From Octopus sinensis (Eukaryota), in contig NC_043017.1 of the NCBI RefSeq assembly GCF_006345805.1, forward strand, positions 31,682,001 to 31,746,000: DNA of 64,000 nucleotides, in the 5' to 3' direction. Position numbers and translations under genes: made by a program. Positions 51,535 to 63,486 of the stretch are shown here, in pieces; position 1 is the stretch's first letter; every line of letters begins with the position of its first letter. Under the pieces are notes generated by a model. It was not told the origin of the DNA and did no database searches. It saw only the letters and a program-made list of their open reading frames with translations.

Positions 51535-52539
51535 CCACTAACTATTCTCTTATTGAGCCCTAACAACAATTCTCTTATTAGACCCCACTAACAATTCTCT
51601 TATTGGGCCCCACTAACAATTTTCTTGTTGGGCCCCACTAACAATTCTCTTATTGAGACCCACTAACAATTCTCTTACTAGACCCCACTAACAATTCTCT
51701 TATTAGACTCCCACTAACAATTTTCTTATTAGACCCCCCACAAACAATTCTCCTATTGGGCCCCACTAACAATGCTCTTATTGAGCCCCACTAACAATTC
51801 TCTTATTAGACCCCTACTAACAATTCTCTTATTAGACCCCACTAACAATTCTCTTATTGGGCCCCACTAACAATTCTCTTATTGAGCCCCACTAATAATT
51901 CTCTTATTAGACCCCTACTAACAATTCTCTTATTAGACCCCACTAACAATTCTCTTATTGGGCCCCACTAACAATTCTCTTATTGAGCCCCACTAACAAT
52001 TCTCTTATTAGACCCCTACTAACAATTCTCTTATTAGACCCCACTAACAATTCTCTTATTGAGCCCACTAACAATTTTCTTGTTGGGCCCCACTAACAAT
52101 TCTCTTATTGAGCCCCACTAACAATTCTCTTACTAGACCCCACTAACAATTCTCTTATTAGACCCCCACTAACAATTTTCTTATTAAGACTCCCCACTAA
52201 CAATTCTCTTATTGGGCCCCACTAACAATTCTCTTATTGGGCCCCACTAACAATTCTCTTATTGGGCCCCACTAACAATTCTCTTATTAGACCCCACTAA
52301 CAATTTTCTTATTGAGCCCCACTAACAATTATTTTATTAGACCCCACCAACAATTCTCTTATTGGGCCCCACAATCAATTCTCTTATTGGGCCCCACTAA
52401 CAATTTCCTGTGGGGCCCCACTAACAATTCTCTTATTGGGCCCCACTAACAATTCTCTTATTAGACCCCACAAACAATTCTCTTATTGGGCACCACTAAC
52501 AATTCTCTTATTGGGCCCCACTAGCAATTCTCTTATTGG
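51535..52539. repeat. 25-bp minisatellite (ACTAACAATTCTCTTATTGGGCCCC), ~40 copies
   Basis: ACTAA recurs at 51841, 51866 and onward; no spacers. Confidence 0.95.
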
Positions 52540-53296
52540 TCAACCTGATTCTATAGTAGAAGACTTGCCCAAGGTGTCACGCAGTGAGACTGAACCCAGA
52601 ACCATGTGGTTGGGAAGCAAACATCTTACCACATCGTCATGCCTGCACCTATTGTTTGTACATTTAGTATAACAAGCAGATACAATTATGTGGTGAAGAA
52701 AAGACAACTTCAGATCAACTCCTAATTTTATTTTAATAATTTCAGTAAGCATGGGATACAACTTGAATTATGTTTCAACCTTATTATACCTCCTCAGTTT
52801 ATCATAGATTTTGATGTATATCATAAAATACTTACCAAAATACTAATGAGAAATTTACAATTCAGATTATATAATATTGTACTCAATTAGAAGTGAATAA
52901 TTAGCATATTAAATAAAAATCAAATCACTGGGGTTAATTACTCACACCATTTTGATGAAAGTGATCATTAAATATGCTAAGTCAGTGTTATCATAATTAA
53001 TTTAATGTTCATTCATTAGATATTCTAACAATAAAGTTAACTGTTTAAAATAAAGCTTTTCTTTTTTACAATCAACATCTTATTAAATATTTATTGGACA
53101 ATTATTGGTAACAACAACTCATAATAATTATAATGATGATTATAATAATGAAGGGGATGAAGATGCTGCTGGTGGTGATGTTGGTGATGGTGGTGGTGGT
53201 GGTGGTGGTGGTGGTGGTGGTGGTGGTTATGGTGGTGGTGATGATGATGTGGTGAAGGAGGAGAATCTTATTAATGATGAGAATGACAATATGATA

Positions 53297-53334
<38 letters not shown>

Positions 53335-53389
53335 AGTTATAACGATATATGATCGTCACCACCATCATCTTCTCTGCTACTGCCACTAC

Positions 53390-53915
53390 TATTGTCATCA
53401 TCATCATCATCATCATCGTTTAACGTCCGCTTTCCATGCTAGCATGGGTTGGACGATTTTGACTGAGGTCTGGCGAACCAGATATCTGCACCGGGCTTCA
53501 ATCTTGATCTGGCAGAGTTTCTACAGCTGGATGCCCTTCCTAACGCCAACCACTCCGAGGGTGTAGTGGGTGCTTTTACATGCCACCAGCATGAGAGCCA
53601 GTCAGGCAGTACTGGAGCTGGCAGAAACGTTAGCACGCCGGGCAAAATGGTTAGCAGTGTTTCGTCCACCGCTATGTTCTGAGTTCAAGTTCCGCCGAGG
53701 TCAATTTTGCATTTCATCCCTTCAGGGTCGATTAAATAAGTACCAGTTACGCACTGGGGTCGGTATAATCGACTTAATCCATTTGTCTGTCCTTGTTTGT
53801 CCTCTCTGTGTTTAGTCCCTTGTGGGTAGTAAAGAAATAGGTACTGGCAATGGCCACAGTCAAATGGGGCTATTTATGTGCCACCAGCAGCAAAGGCAAC
53901 AACCTTGCTCGAATG
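53390..53915 (-). mobile_element. Family C element split by a family B monomer
   Basis: CATCATCGTTTAACGTCCGC...; resumes GTACTGGCAATGGCCAC after 53840. Confidence 0.8.
53616..53840 (+). mobile_element. SINE family B monomer, TSD GTACTGG
   Basis: 53609-53615 and 53841-53847. Confidence 0.85.
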
Positions 53916-55455
53916 TTTTTCACGTGCCACAAGCACAATATTGTCATCATTTTCATCATCATCATCATCAGTGCCATCATTGTCATCATTGTCAGTGTCA
54001 TCGTTGTCATCATCAAAATGCTTTCCAGGGCTATGTTATCAAAGACGTTTCTTTTTTAAGGGCAGCAAATTGTATTGGAAGGAAATTTAGCTGCTGTCTC
54101 TAACAACTGAACCAGCCACAGATATTTATGAACTTCACTATACCAGAACCCATTTTTTTTTTGTCCTAATTTCAATGGCATAAATACTCAAAATTGGAAT
54201 GCCCGTTATCATATCTCATTAAATCTAGCTTTATTCAGTTGACATGGGTGACTTGTACACAATTAAAACCTTATAGCTACCTTGATAATAAAGTAAAGAG
54301 AAACAATTGTCTCTTGTTACTCACACCACTACAATAAGAAGTTAAACCACTTGCAAGCTTGCATTTATAATGGTGCTCAAATTGAATAAAAACCAGCCAA
54401 AAGGATATTTTTTTATTATTTTGTCGGATAATACACAAATTTTCTTGTATAGAATTGTCAGTTTTATAAGCCTCTGTCAACATATGTATTTGATATAGTC
54501 ACAGTTAAGAAACACTGCTCAGAGCGAAATAGCTTTTTAACTAAGAGTATCTGTTGAGTAACAACAGAGATAAGTTCAATTCAGAAGTGAGCTGTGGGCG
54601 AAATATGGTTGAGAATGACAGGACAGAACAAGTAAATCAACAAATTCAAACAATGAATGCAATAGTATATGTGTGATATAATGATATCTTTACAATAATA
54701 ATGCATATCATATATAATACATAATATATAATATATGTGTATGTGATATTCGAGTACTGTTTTTTCTACTTTTCTACTTTTCTTCACATTCATAATGCTT
54801 ACCTCTGTGTGTGTGTGTGTGTTTAGTGAAAGAAAGAAAATGGAGAAAAATGGATGTAAGAATAATTTATTTGTATGATATAAAGATGTTGAAATTTTCT
54901 TTTTTTTTAATTACATTACAAATAAATTATAAGTTATAAAGCTCAAAAAGAAAATAGGACCAGCATACATATGTATGTATATATGTATGTATGTATATAT
55001 ACATATATATATACACACACACATATATAAATACACATATATATATACAAATTTGTCTCAATTTGTCTAAAGTCATAAGACACCTGCTGTTATCCTGTTA
55101 TTACCATTTTTGTTTTCGTTTTTTGTATTTATATTCGTGTGGCTTCATCCGTTTTACTGTCCTTGTGTCGTTTACATTCGTTCCTTTTTCCAAGAGATCT
55201 AATGCTCACAGCTTAGTTTTTCATTGGGGCTGGCCGCGTTGGAGCGATATCAGGATTAATCAGCCGAAATTTGCTATGATGATCCGGTTTCAGACTGAAG
55301 ATTAAGCTTCGAATGACCCGTCTGTTTTCTGTGTTCGTCCCTTTGTGTATTTCACGTTCTTGTTTCTTTATATATAATTTTTATACCTATATATATACAT
55401 ATATGTATTTATACATGTATATATATATATATATATACATTTATACATATATATA

Positions 55456-55768
55456 TCACGTGATCACGTGACTGACCAGTCCATCAGATGTAGTTACACA
55501 TCGCTGGTCACAATGCATTCGCATTGATTTTTTTCTTTAGCCTTCGAATGACGCCACCCCGCTAGCTAGGGGAGCAGGCCAACAGAAGAAAGAGTGGGAG
55601 AAAGTGTGGTGAAAGAGTACAGCAGGGATCACCAACCCCTGCCGGAGCATCATGGAGCTTTAGGGTGTTTTCGCTCAATAAACACTCACAATGCCCGGTC
55701 TGGGAATCGAAACCGCGATCCTACGACCGCGAGTCCGCTGCCCTAACCACTAGGCCATTGCGCCTCCA
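55456..55768 (-). mobile_element. SINE family D, full head, tail type 4
   Basis: Head reverse-matches 20142; tail ends ..CAGTCACGTGATCACGTGA in (TA)n. Confidence 0.88.
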
Positions 55769-55797
55769 CACACACACACCACACACACCACACACAC

Positions 55798-55862
<65 letters not shown>

Positions 55863-56133
55863 TATATATATATATATATATATACATATATGTATTTATA
55901 CATGTATATATATATTTATATACATTTATACATATATATATCAACGTGATCACGTGACTGACCAGTCCATCAGATGTAGTTACACATCGCTGGTCACAAT
56001 GCATTCGCATTGATTTTTTGATATTTTATTGATATTTTGAAACTTCTTCACCGTTTCTCGTACTGTTAGCGTTCCGTATTTCAGTCGAGTGTGTTAGTAT
56101 TTATGTGGTAACATCGTAGTTTCGTCTTGCTTT

Positions 56134-56210
56134 ATGTTTGGCTGAAGAAGGTAAAGCAAATATGGGTGAGAGACATATCTTGCAAAACCTGAAACCTGCA
56201 GGTACCACAT
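56134..56210 (+). ncRNA. Type I hammerhead ribozyme, all core positions intact; predicted GUA cleavage after 56204
   Basis: ATG(TT)TGG / CUGAAGA (56142-56148) / stem II AGGT-aaa-GCAA-ATATG..CATAT-c-TTGC-aaa-ACCT / GAAA (56191-56194) / stem III in palindrome ACCTGCAGGT / A / CCACAT. Confidence 0.8.
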
Positions 56211-56412
56211 TATCCATTTTCCGGGTGTTTCATCTTTCAGATGTTTCCCTGGAGGTAAGACGGTTTTTTTTTCTCTATTTTGTGCAACACGCATTTACTA
56301 ATACATACGCGGTGAAGCTACACTTTAGCGTCGTATTTTTACGTTCGCTATTTCCAGTAAATATCGGTACTTTGTTGTGCCCATTTATTTACTAATTTAT
56401 ATATATATATAA

Positions 56413-56445
<33 letters not shown>

Positions 56446-56472
56446 ATATATATATATAATATATATATATAT

Positions 56473-56553
<81 letters not shown>

Positions 56554-56612
56554 ATATATTATATATAATATAATAATATATAAGATATATATATATATAA
56601 TATATATATGTG

Positions 56613-56777
56613 TGGAGGCGCAATGCCCAGTGGTTAGGGCAGCGGACTCGCGGTCGTAGGATCGCGGTTTCGATTCCCAGACCGGGCATTGTGAGCGTTT
56701 ATTGAGCGAAAACACCTTAAAGCTCCACGAGGCTCCGGCAGGGAGTGGTGATCCCTCCTGTACCCTTTCACCACACT
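56613..56777 (+). mobile_element. SINE family D head/core, 3' truncated
   Basis: TGGAGGCGCAATGCCCAGTGGTTAGGGCAGCGGACTCGCGG. Confidence 0.85.
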
Positions 56778-56790
56778 TTATATATATATA

Positions 56791-57186
56791 TACTTTACTT
56801 TTACTTGTTTCAGTCATTTGACTGCGGCCATGCTGGAGCACCGCCTTTAGTCGAGAAAATCGACCCCGGGACTTATTCTTTGTAAGCCCAGTACTTATTC
56901 TATCGGTCTCTTTTTGCTGAAGCGCTAAGTGACAGGAACGTAAACACACCAGCATCGGTTGTCAAGCAATGCTAGGGGGACAAACACAGACACACAAACA
57001 CACACACACATACATATATATATATACATACGACAGGCTTCTTTCAGTTTCCGTCTACCAAATCTACTCACAAGGATTTGGTCAGCCCGAGGCTATAGTA
57101 GAAGACTTTGCCCAAGATGCCACGCAGTGGGACTGAACCCGGAACCATGTAGTTCATAAGCAAGCTTCTTACCACACAGCCACTCC

Positions 57187-57187
<1 letters not shown>
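56791..57187 (-). mobile_element. SINE family A
   Basis: Reverse-complement match. Confidence 0.9.
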
Positions 57188-57231
<44 letters not shown>

Positions 57232-57357
57232 ATATGGTATATATAAATATAATATATATATGTATAATATGTATATATATATTTATATATCTATGTATAT
57301 ATATATATATGTATTATTTATATGGTGTGTGTTTGCGTGCGTGTGTGTATATATATA

Positions 57358-57400
<43 letters not shown>

Positions 57401-57419
57401 TATATTATATATATATATC

Positions 57420-57559
57420 GGAGAAGAAAATGGATATAATAAGATTGAGAAACTCGTGGTTTTCACTGGTATGTCTTTAATTAATTAGATAACAATTAAT
57501 TAAAGACATACCAGTGAAAACCATGAGTTCCCAAAGTTAATTAATCTGTTTTCTTCTCC
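57420..57559. repeat. Inverted repeat: 36-bp inner arms (1 mismatch, 7-nt loop) plus 11-bp outer arms, beside (TA)n
   Basis: 57451-57486 vs 57494-57529; GGAGAAGAAAA / TTTTCTTCTCC. Confidence 0.9.
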
Positions 57560-57710
57560 TAAATATCCTCAACTTCGGTTTAGCAGCCTAACCACTTGGT
57601 ACAACCTTACATAAGAATGTACCTACCCAGGTAACAACCAGGAGCGACTCTGAATTTAATTATCCCTTAGAGGTATTAAACCCCTCAAACTCATACGAAC
57701 ACTGTATATA

Positions 57711-57764
<54 letters not shown>

Positions 57765-57824
57765 ATATTTATAAAAAAGAAGTTTAAAAACGCCACTATA
57801 TAAGATAAATTTTAATTTTCTTAG

Positions 57825-57875
57825 AAATTTTACATGTTTCGGTTCTTCTTGAAAAAATAAACCTTATCAAAAATC
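57825..57875 (-). ncRNA. Degenerate hammerhead relic (two core mutations)
   Basis: Minus strand AGATTT-TTGATAA-GGTT..AACC-GAAAC-AT-GTA-AAATTT. Confidence 0.4.
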
Positions 57876-58016
57876 TTTAAAAAAGTTAAGTGTAATAAAT
57901 AAGTTCATAATTGTTTCTTACTGGTCTCAACAGAATCCACGTGGTGGTGTTTTGTGGGGAGTAAGCATAATAGCTGTCTTATGTGTTCGAATATATTATA
58001 TATATATATATAAGCA

Positions 58017-58057
<41 letters not shown>

Positions 58058-58099
58058 CACATATATGTATATACATACATATATATACATAGATATATA

Positions 58100-58350
58100 C
58101 AGTGCTGCCTCAACTGGCTCCAGTGCCGGTGGCACATAAAAAGCACCATCCGAACGTGGCCGATGTGCAGGCAGCACGTAAAAAGCACCCACTACACTCG
58201 CTGAGTGGTTGACGTTAGGAAGGGCATCCAGCTGTAGAAACATTGCCAGATCAGACTGGAGTCTGGTGCAGCCCCTGGCTTCCCAAACCTCGGTCGAACC
58301 GTCCAACCCGTGCTAGCGCAGAAAACGGACGTTAAACAATGATGATGATG
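58100..58350 (+). mobile_element. SINE-like family C
   Basis: Subrepeats and GGACGTTAAACAATGATGAT tail. Confidence 0.82.
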
Positions 58351-58799
58351 ATATATATCCATATTTACATACATATATACATACATACACATATATATAT
58401 ACACACACATTTATATATGTATATACACACACACACACATATAAAAATAAATCTGAAGACAGGTGTAGAAACAACAAGCAGGTGTATTAGTTTAACACTT
58501 GGGAAAAATTTGTATACAATTGTATATATTTAATATATACACAATAGTATACAGGTGGGTTTAAGAAGCGAGTATTAAGCAGAAATGGTAAAAATGGAGG
58601 TGTTATGATTTCTGTGAGACTGTGAATATTACTGGAGCAATAAAAAGCCACTCAAAAAATGCCAAACCAAAAATCAATATATAAATAAATAGATACATCA
58701 AAGGAACAACAGACATCGGATAATATAGGACATGTTATGTTCTTTGAACATAGGTACACTACATTCCTGGTATGATTTAGTTCTAGACACAGCATTTAG

Positions 58800-58985
58800 T
58801 GAACAAGAGAATCAAACAGATTAAGTCGATTTTATCAACCACAGTGCATAACTGGTACTTAATTTATCAACCCCAAAAGGATGAATGGCAAAGTCGACCT
58901 CAGCAGAATTTGAACTCACAACTTAACAGCAGACGAAATACCGCTAAGCATTTCACCCAGCGTGCTAAGGATTCTGCCAGCTACC
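58800..58985 (-). mobile_element. Decayed SINE family B
   Basis: GATTAAGTCGAT..AAAGTCGACCTCAGCAGAATTTGAACTC..TTCTGCCAGCT. Confidence 0.8.
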
Positions 58986-59135
58986 ATCATCACTATTTTG
59001 TGTCTGTTTTCAATGTATTACATCACAGTATATTGTATTATATATTATATGTGTGTGTGTGTATATACATACTATATATATATAATGTATGTATATACAT
59101 ATGCACACACATTTATATATGCATATGTGTATGTG

Positions 59136-59170
<35 letters not shown>

Positions 59171-59898
59171 TTGTATGTATGTATGATTGTATATATACAT
59201 ATAAATATATGAGTATATATAGACATATACACACATACATATACACATATGTGTGTGTATATATATGTATATATATATGTATGTGTACACATGTGCATAT
59301 AAGCATACATGTGTGTGTGTGTGCGTGTGTAGTTGTAGGCATGTATGAATGTATGTATGTATGTATGTATGTATGTATGTGTGTGTGTGTGTAAACAGGG
59401 ATGTCCCTAGATAGCTTTACTCATTTGCGTTTGTCATTATTCTTAGAACTGGATGAAACGACTTATGGCCATCTCTGTATATATGTATGTTTGTGTGTGT
59501 GTGTATGTATAAATGTGTGTTTGTGTGTATATATGTGTGCATGAAACTAGCGAGGACATCACCAGTGATGCAGATAGGACTCTAGAATAAGACAATGGTT
59601 ATTAAATGTCAACAGCTGAAAGACATTAATATTACAGGATTACAAGAAGAGACACAAATTTCATAATTTTATCCTAATATTCTTTTACTTACAACTTGCC
59701 CAAGCTGCAGCACTACTTTATGAATATAGTCGATCAAACAGAAATCAATACTAAATATTTCAGATGCACCAATAAGTACCGCATTCAATTTGATCGACTC
59801 TGGTATCTCACACTTATTTTTGAGTCTGGTACTTCCTCTATCAGGTTTCGTTTGATAAACCGCTAAGTTACAGGTATGTCTACAAACCAGTACCAATT

Positions 59899-60318
59899 AC
59901 TCTTTTACTCTTTTATTTGTTTCAGTCATTTGACTGTGGCCATGCTGGAGCACCGCTTTCAGTCGGGCAAATCGACCCCAGGACTTATTCTTTGTAGGCC
60001 TAGTACTTATTCTACAGGTCTCTTTTGCCGAACTGCTAAGTTACGGGGACATACACACACCAGCATCGGTTGTCAAGCAATGCTGGGGAGACAAACACAG
60101 ACACACAAACATATACACACACATACATATATATATATACATATATACATATATACGACGGACTTCTTTCAGTTTCTGTCTACCAAATCCACTCACAAGG
60201 CTTTGGTCGACCCAAGGCTATAGTAGAAGACACTTGCCCAAGGTGCCACGCAGTGGGACTGAACCCAGAACCAGGTGGTTCATAAGCAAGCTACTTACCA
60301 CGCTGCCACTCCTACGCC
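59899..60318 (-). mobile_element. SINE family A
   Basis: Reverse-complement match. Confidence 0.88.
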
Positions 60319-60446
60319 AATCCTTACCATTCAATTGGTAAGGAATGACAGATAAACTTAGACACATACACACACACAGAGGTACAAACGTGTGAATATA
60401 CTCACACATATCCACATACATATACTTACACACATCCACATACGTT

Positions 60447-60915
60447 GGAGGCGAGTGGCTGTGTTGCAAGTAGTTTGCTTACAAACCACATGGTTCCGGG
60501 TTCAGTCCTACTGCGTGGCACCTTGGGCAGATGTCTTCTACTATAGCCTTGGGCTGACCAAATCCTTGTGAGTGGATTTTGTAGATGGAAACTGAAAGAA
60601 GCCCATCACATATATGTATATATATATGTGTGTGTATATGTTTGTGTGTCTGTGTTTGTCACCCCCAGCATTGCTTGACAACCGATGCTGGTGTGTTTAC
60701 GTCCCTGTAACTTAGCAGTTCGGCAGAAGAGACCGATAGGATAAGTACTAGACTTACAAATCCTGGGGTCGATTTGCTCAACAATTTGATCGACTCTGGT
60801 ATTTCATACTTATTTTTCAGTTTGGTACTTTCTCTATCAAGTTTTGTTTGATGAACCACTAAGTTACAAGTACCAATTGGTAAGGATTGACAGAAACAAG
60901 TAAAAGAGTAAAGAG
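60447..60915 (+). mobile_element. SINE family A (head-to-head with 59899) with a rearranged 3' part
   Basis: Segment 60782-60895 is foreign to the consensus order. Confidence 0.85.
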
Positions 60916-61279
60916 TATACATACACAAGATGGGCATAATGCATCATGGATCACATTATCCAAGAGGCATAGTGTATCTAGGACTACATTATCCAATGAA
61001 CATAACCATTTATAGAAAGAACTACTAGAACATGATTCTTGAAATGCTGGTGATGTTTAACACCAGGTCATACCTGGCCAAGCAGACATGATCAAAGACA
61101 TGCCAGCTACGATCAAACTGTTTTTTTGTTTATCTGCAAATACAATTGCCTGTGTCCTTTTTTTAGATATGTTTTGACTTGAGGGAAATTTAGCTGATAT
61201 TTCTAGCAAGCCAAATGACCATGTAGAGGTTCCTTTAAAAAAATGTAGTTAGTAATGGCAGAGAATATAATGATATTAA

Positions 61280-61490
61280 TTAAAGGCAGGGAGCAGGGAG
61301 ACTAGTTAGCATTCCAGGTTAATTACGTAGCAGCATTTCATCCGTCTTTACTTTCTAGTTTCAAATTCCACTGGGGTCGATTTTGCCTTTCATCCTTCCA
61401 GGGTCAATAAAATAAATACCAGTTGATCACAGGGGTTGATTTAATCGATTTAGTCCCTACCCCCAAGTTGCCGGCCTCATGCCAAAATTT
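61280..61490 (+). mobile_element. Family B alternative-tail variant, decayed
   Basis: TTTCAAATTCCACTGGGGTCGATTTTGCCTTTCATCC..GCCGGCCTCATGCCAAAATTT. Confidence 0.7.
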
Positions 61491-61620
61491 GGAATGAGAA
61501 CCCAGGTTTGAAATTTCCCCAAGACACCTGAAGACGGCTGAGGGTAAATCAGCCGAAATGTTGTGTTAACAACAAACAAGATGAGGACAAATATCGGTCG
61601 AATGTAAATAAAGTAAATAA
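61491..61620 (+). mobile_element. Family F tail with a core-intact minimal hammerhead (61523-61567)
   Basis: GACAC-CTGAAGA-C-GGCTGA-gggtaaa-TCAGCC-GAAA-T-GTT-GTGTT. Confidence 0.7.
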
Positions 61621-61724
61621 TGATGATGATGTCAACATTGTTGATGATGATGAATGTGATGATGATGATGATGATGATGATGATGCTATTGATGATGATG
61701 TGGATGATGATGATGATGATGATG

Positions 61725-61757
<33 letters not shown>

Positions 61758-61832
61758 CTGTGTGATGATGATGTTGATGATGATGAGAGATGATGATGAT
61801 GATGATGATGGTGATGCTGTTGATGATGATGT

Positions 61833-61884
<52 letters not shown>

Positions 61885-61925
61885 GATGATGATGATGCTG
61901 TTGATGATGCTGTTGATGATGATGT

Positions 61926-61977
<52 letters not shown>

Positions 61978-61997
61978 GATGCTGTTGATGATGATGT

Positions 61998-62063
<66 letters not shown>

Positions 62064-62081
62064 GATGATGATGATGATGAT

Positions 62082-62130
<49 letters not shown>

Positions 62131-62455
62131 GATGATGACGGTGATGATGATGTTGATGATGATGGTGATGATGATGATGATGATGATAGATGATGATGAT
62201 GATGATGATGATGAGATGATGATGATGATGATGATGATGATGGATGATGGTGATGATGATGATGATGATGCCGATGACGATGATTATGATGATGATGATG
62301 ATGATGATGTTGATGATGATGTTGATGAGATGATGATGATGTTGATGATGATGGTGATGGTGATGATGATGATGATGATGATGATAATGCCGATGATGAT
62401 GATGCCGATGACGATGATATGATGATGATGATGATGATGATGTTGATGATGATGT

Positions 62456-62491
<36 letters not shown>

Positions 62492-62574
62492 CGGTGATGA
62501 TGATGATGATGATGGTGATGGTGATGATGATGATGATGATAATGCCGATGATGATGATGCCGATGACGATGATT

Positions 62575-62607
<33 letters not shown>

Positions 62608-62623
62608 CTGTTGATGATGATGT

Positions 62624-62679
<56 letters not shown>

Positions 62680-62695
62680 CTGTTGATGATGATGT

Positions 62696-62736
<41 letters not shown>

Positions 62737-62757
62737 GTGATGGTGATGGTGATGATG

Positions 62758-62817
<60 letters not shown>

Positions 62818-62865
62818 GTGATGATAATGCCGATGATGATGATGGTGATGATAATGCCGATGATG

Positions 62866-62897
<32 letters not shown>

Positions 62898-62949
62898 GAT
62901 GATGATGGTGATGATAATGCCGATGATGATGATGCCGATGACGATGATT

Positions 62950-62994
<45 letters not shown>

Positions 62995-63029
62995 GTGATG
63001 ATAATGCCGATGATGATGATGACGATGAC

Positions 63030-63061
<32 letters not shown>

Positions 63062-63236
63062 GATGATGATGATGATGATGGTGATGATGTGGATGATGAT
63101 GATGATGATGCTGTTGATGATATCAAAGGTAATGGTTATGATGATGATGGCAATGACATTGATGATGATGATGATGACGACAACAACTGCAATGATGATG
63201 ATAACTGTGACAGTAATATGATGATGATAATGATGA
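61619..63236. repeat. ~1.6-kb interrupted (GAT)n array
   Basis: Read directly; source of the poly-M/H/D ORFs. Confidence 0.95.
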
Positions 63237-63486
63237 TGTTGGTATTATCATTAACAGCCTCTTTAAAATTTCTTCCATGATGGATTGGTTTAATGTTAAG
63301 CTAATTTCCTATGGAAACAAGAGAGAAACGGTAAATTTGTTCTGAAGATAACATAGAGAGCAAATAAAATAATGCATGATGCATGTACCAAGAATGGCTA
63401 CCGAATGGCTTAATGGAATGATAGGAAATGTACAGAACAAGGTGTAAGAGCAGTATAACATGGTATATGAAGAACGTGGTATATGA

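Noticed and set aside
51535-52539. CRISPR array
   Set aside because: Units are contiguous with no unique spacers, there are no cas genes, and the context is eukaryotic.
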